Shown here piece after piece: positions 63,126-64,000 of a stretch of 64,000 bases of DNA (positions within the stretch are counted from its first letter, which is position 1; every line of letters begins with the position of its first letter). Both the position numbers and the translations under genes were made by a program. The DNA is from Planctomycetota bacterium (GTDB lineage Bacteria > Planctomycetota > SZUA-567 > H5-PLA8): assembly GCA_038227875.1 (NCBI GenBank), contig JBBRPR010000004.1, forward strand, positions 76,830 to 140,829, written 5' to 3'. The notes under the pieces were generated by a model, which had not been told where the DNA came from, did no database searches, and saw only the letters and a list, made by a program, of their open reading frames with translations.

Positions 63126-63460
63126 TAAAGCGCGCAGTATTCCGCTCTCTGACAACAGCATAGAGTTTCAAGAGCTGGGATATTCTGGCAGTCGGTTCCA
63201 CATGAAATCGAGCTCCGTGGAACTCAACTGCCGGCGTCCCAAGGGCTTGCGTACGTCGCCAGGAAAGTACCACAGTAGTGTTGTACTGGAAAACACCAAA
63301 CACCTAGAAATGCGTAACATTATGTAACATTTTGTAACATTTGCCTATGAAAGAGTTGTGGTACTCACCCCGTGCAATTCAGGTCAAATGTTACACGACC
63401 CGAACTTCGCAGGACATTGTTCAGCAACGTTTGGGTAGCAAACTTGTCGAACTGCGCCAA

Positions 63461-64000
63461 CTACTGATGCGCGACTTTGTCCAACTCCGCCGCCAGATCC
63501 GCGCGCAGCTGGTACCAGACATTGACGTCGGAGCTCCACGCCGGACCGGCTTTTCCCTTCGGCGCGGCGGTGTTGGCGCGACCGGTCTGTTCAGCTTTCT
63601 GGGATTCGTCCCCGGCATTCACGGTGAGGCCGGAATTTCCCAGCGCTTCGGTCAGCGCGACGGGAATCACCTTCTTGACCAGCGCATCGGCGATGGCTTC
63701 CTTGCCCTGCTGCTTGAGCAGCCAGCCATATTCGTAATCCTGCAGTCCGCGGCGGTACGCTTTCATGCGCAGGCTGGCGAGCGGGCCGTCGATGGCGGGA
63801 AGACCGACGTCCGGCAGGCGCGCGCCGGGATAAAAGAGCACTCCATTGCCCCAGCGCGTGTCGTCGGGCTTGTAGCACGGACGCGTCAGTGGCGTCTTCG
63901 CGTCGCAGAAATCCATCGCCCACCAGAACGAACCGTTGACCTTGTAGCGCCAGCAGATCGTTCCCCATGTCCGCAGTTCGACGCCCGATGCGTTGACGCC
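63461..64000 (-). CDS. Hypothetical protein (3' part; the frame continues beyond the window end)
   Basis: Open frame with no stop up to base 64000. The C-terminal sequence FYPGARLPDVGLPAIDGPLASLRMKAYRRGLQDYEYGWLL was not recognised with confidence. Confidence 0.55.
   Translation of the reverse strand, partial: GVNASGVELRTWGTICWRYKVNGSFWWAMDFCDAKTPLTRPCYKPDDTRWGNGVLFYPGARLPDVGLPAIDGPLASLRMKAYRRGLQDYEYGWLLKQQGKEAIADALVKKVIPVALTEALGNSGLTVNAGDESQKAEQTGRANTAAPKGKAGPAWSSDVNVWYQLRADLAAELDKVAHQ

Overview
This is a high-GC (~62-65%) chromosomal segment from a Gram-negative bacterium. The gene content suggests the PVC superphylum (Verrucomicrobia/Planctomycetes) or Acidobacteria: many prepilin-type N-terminal proteins, two PhyH dioxygenases, two Gfo/Idh/MocA oxidoreductases, a xylose-isomerase-like TIM barrel, an ECF sigma/FecR pair, and giant secreted beta-helix/PKD proteins. 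Coding density is high. The clearest calls are housekeeping genes (glyQS, hppD plus an Lrp-type regulator, anmK, dprA), regulators (ECF sigma/anti-sigma, two AraC, IclR, an NtrC-type sigma54 activator, a hybrid histidine kinase, two response regulators) and carbohydrate-related enzymes. Accessory content stands out in four places. First, an apparent operon of four pseudopilin-like proteins of increasing size (the last a 1090-aa GspK-like giant) plus a zinc-ribbon polytopic membrane protein; the operon lies downstream of an ~800-bp AT-rich leader. Second, a 2158-aa secreted protein of unknown family. Third, two convergent giant surface proteins that share a lysine-rich C-terminal module, one of which also carries a ~370-bp in-frame tandem repeat encoding (TGTGTS)n. 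Fourth, a ~3.3-kb low-GC (~42%) island carrying two hypothetical genes; it is bounded by ~35-bp imperfect direct repeats and filled with GC-rich hairpin (REP-like) repeats. Several REP-like palindromic element families recur in convergent intergenic regions. No rRNA, tRNA, CRISPR array, transposase or integrase was recognised. All boundaries are read from the supplied ORF track and the raw sequence, and start codons are approximate. Many long antisense ORFs in the track are GC-bias artefacts.
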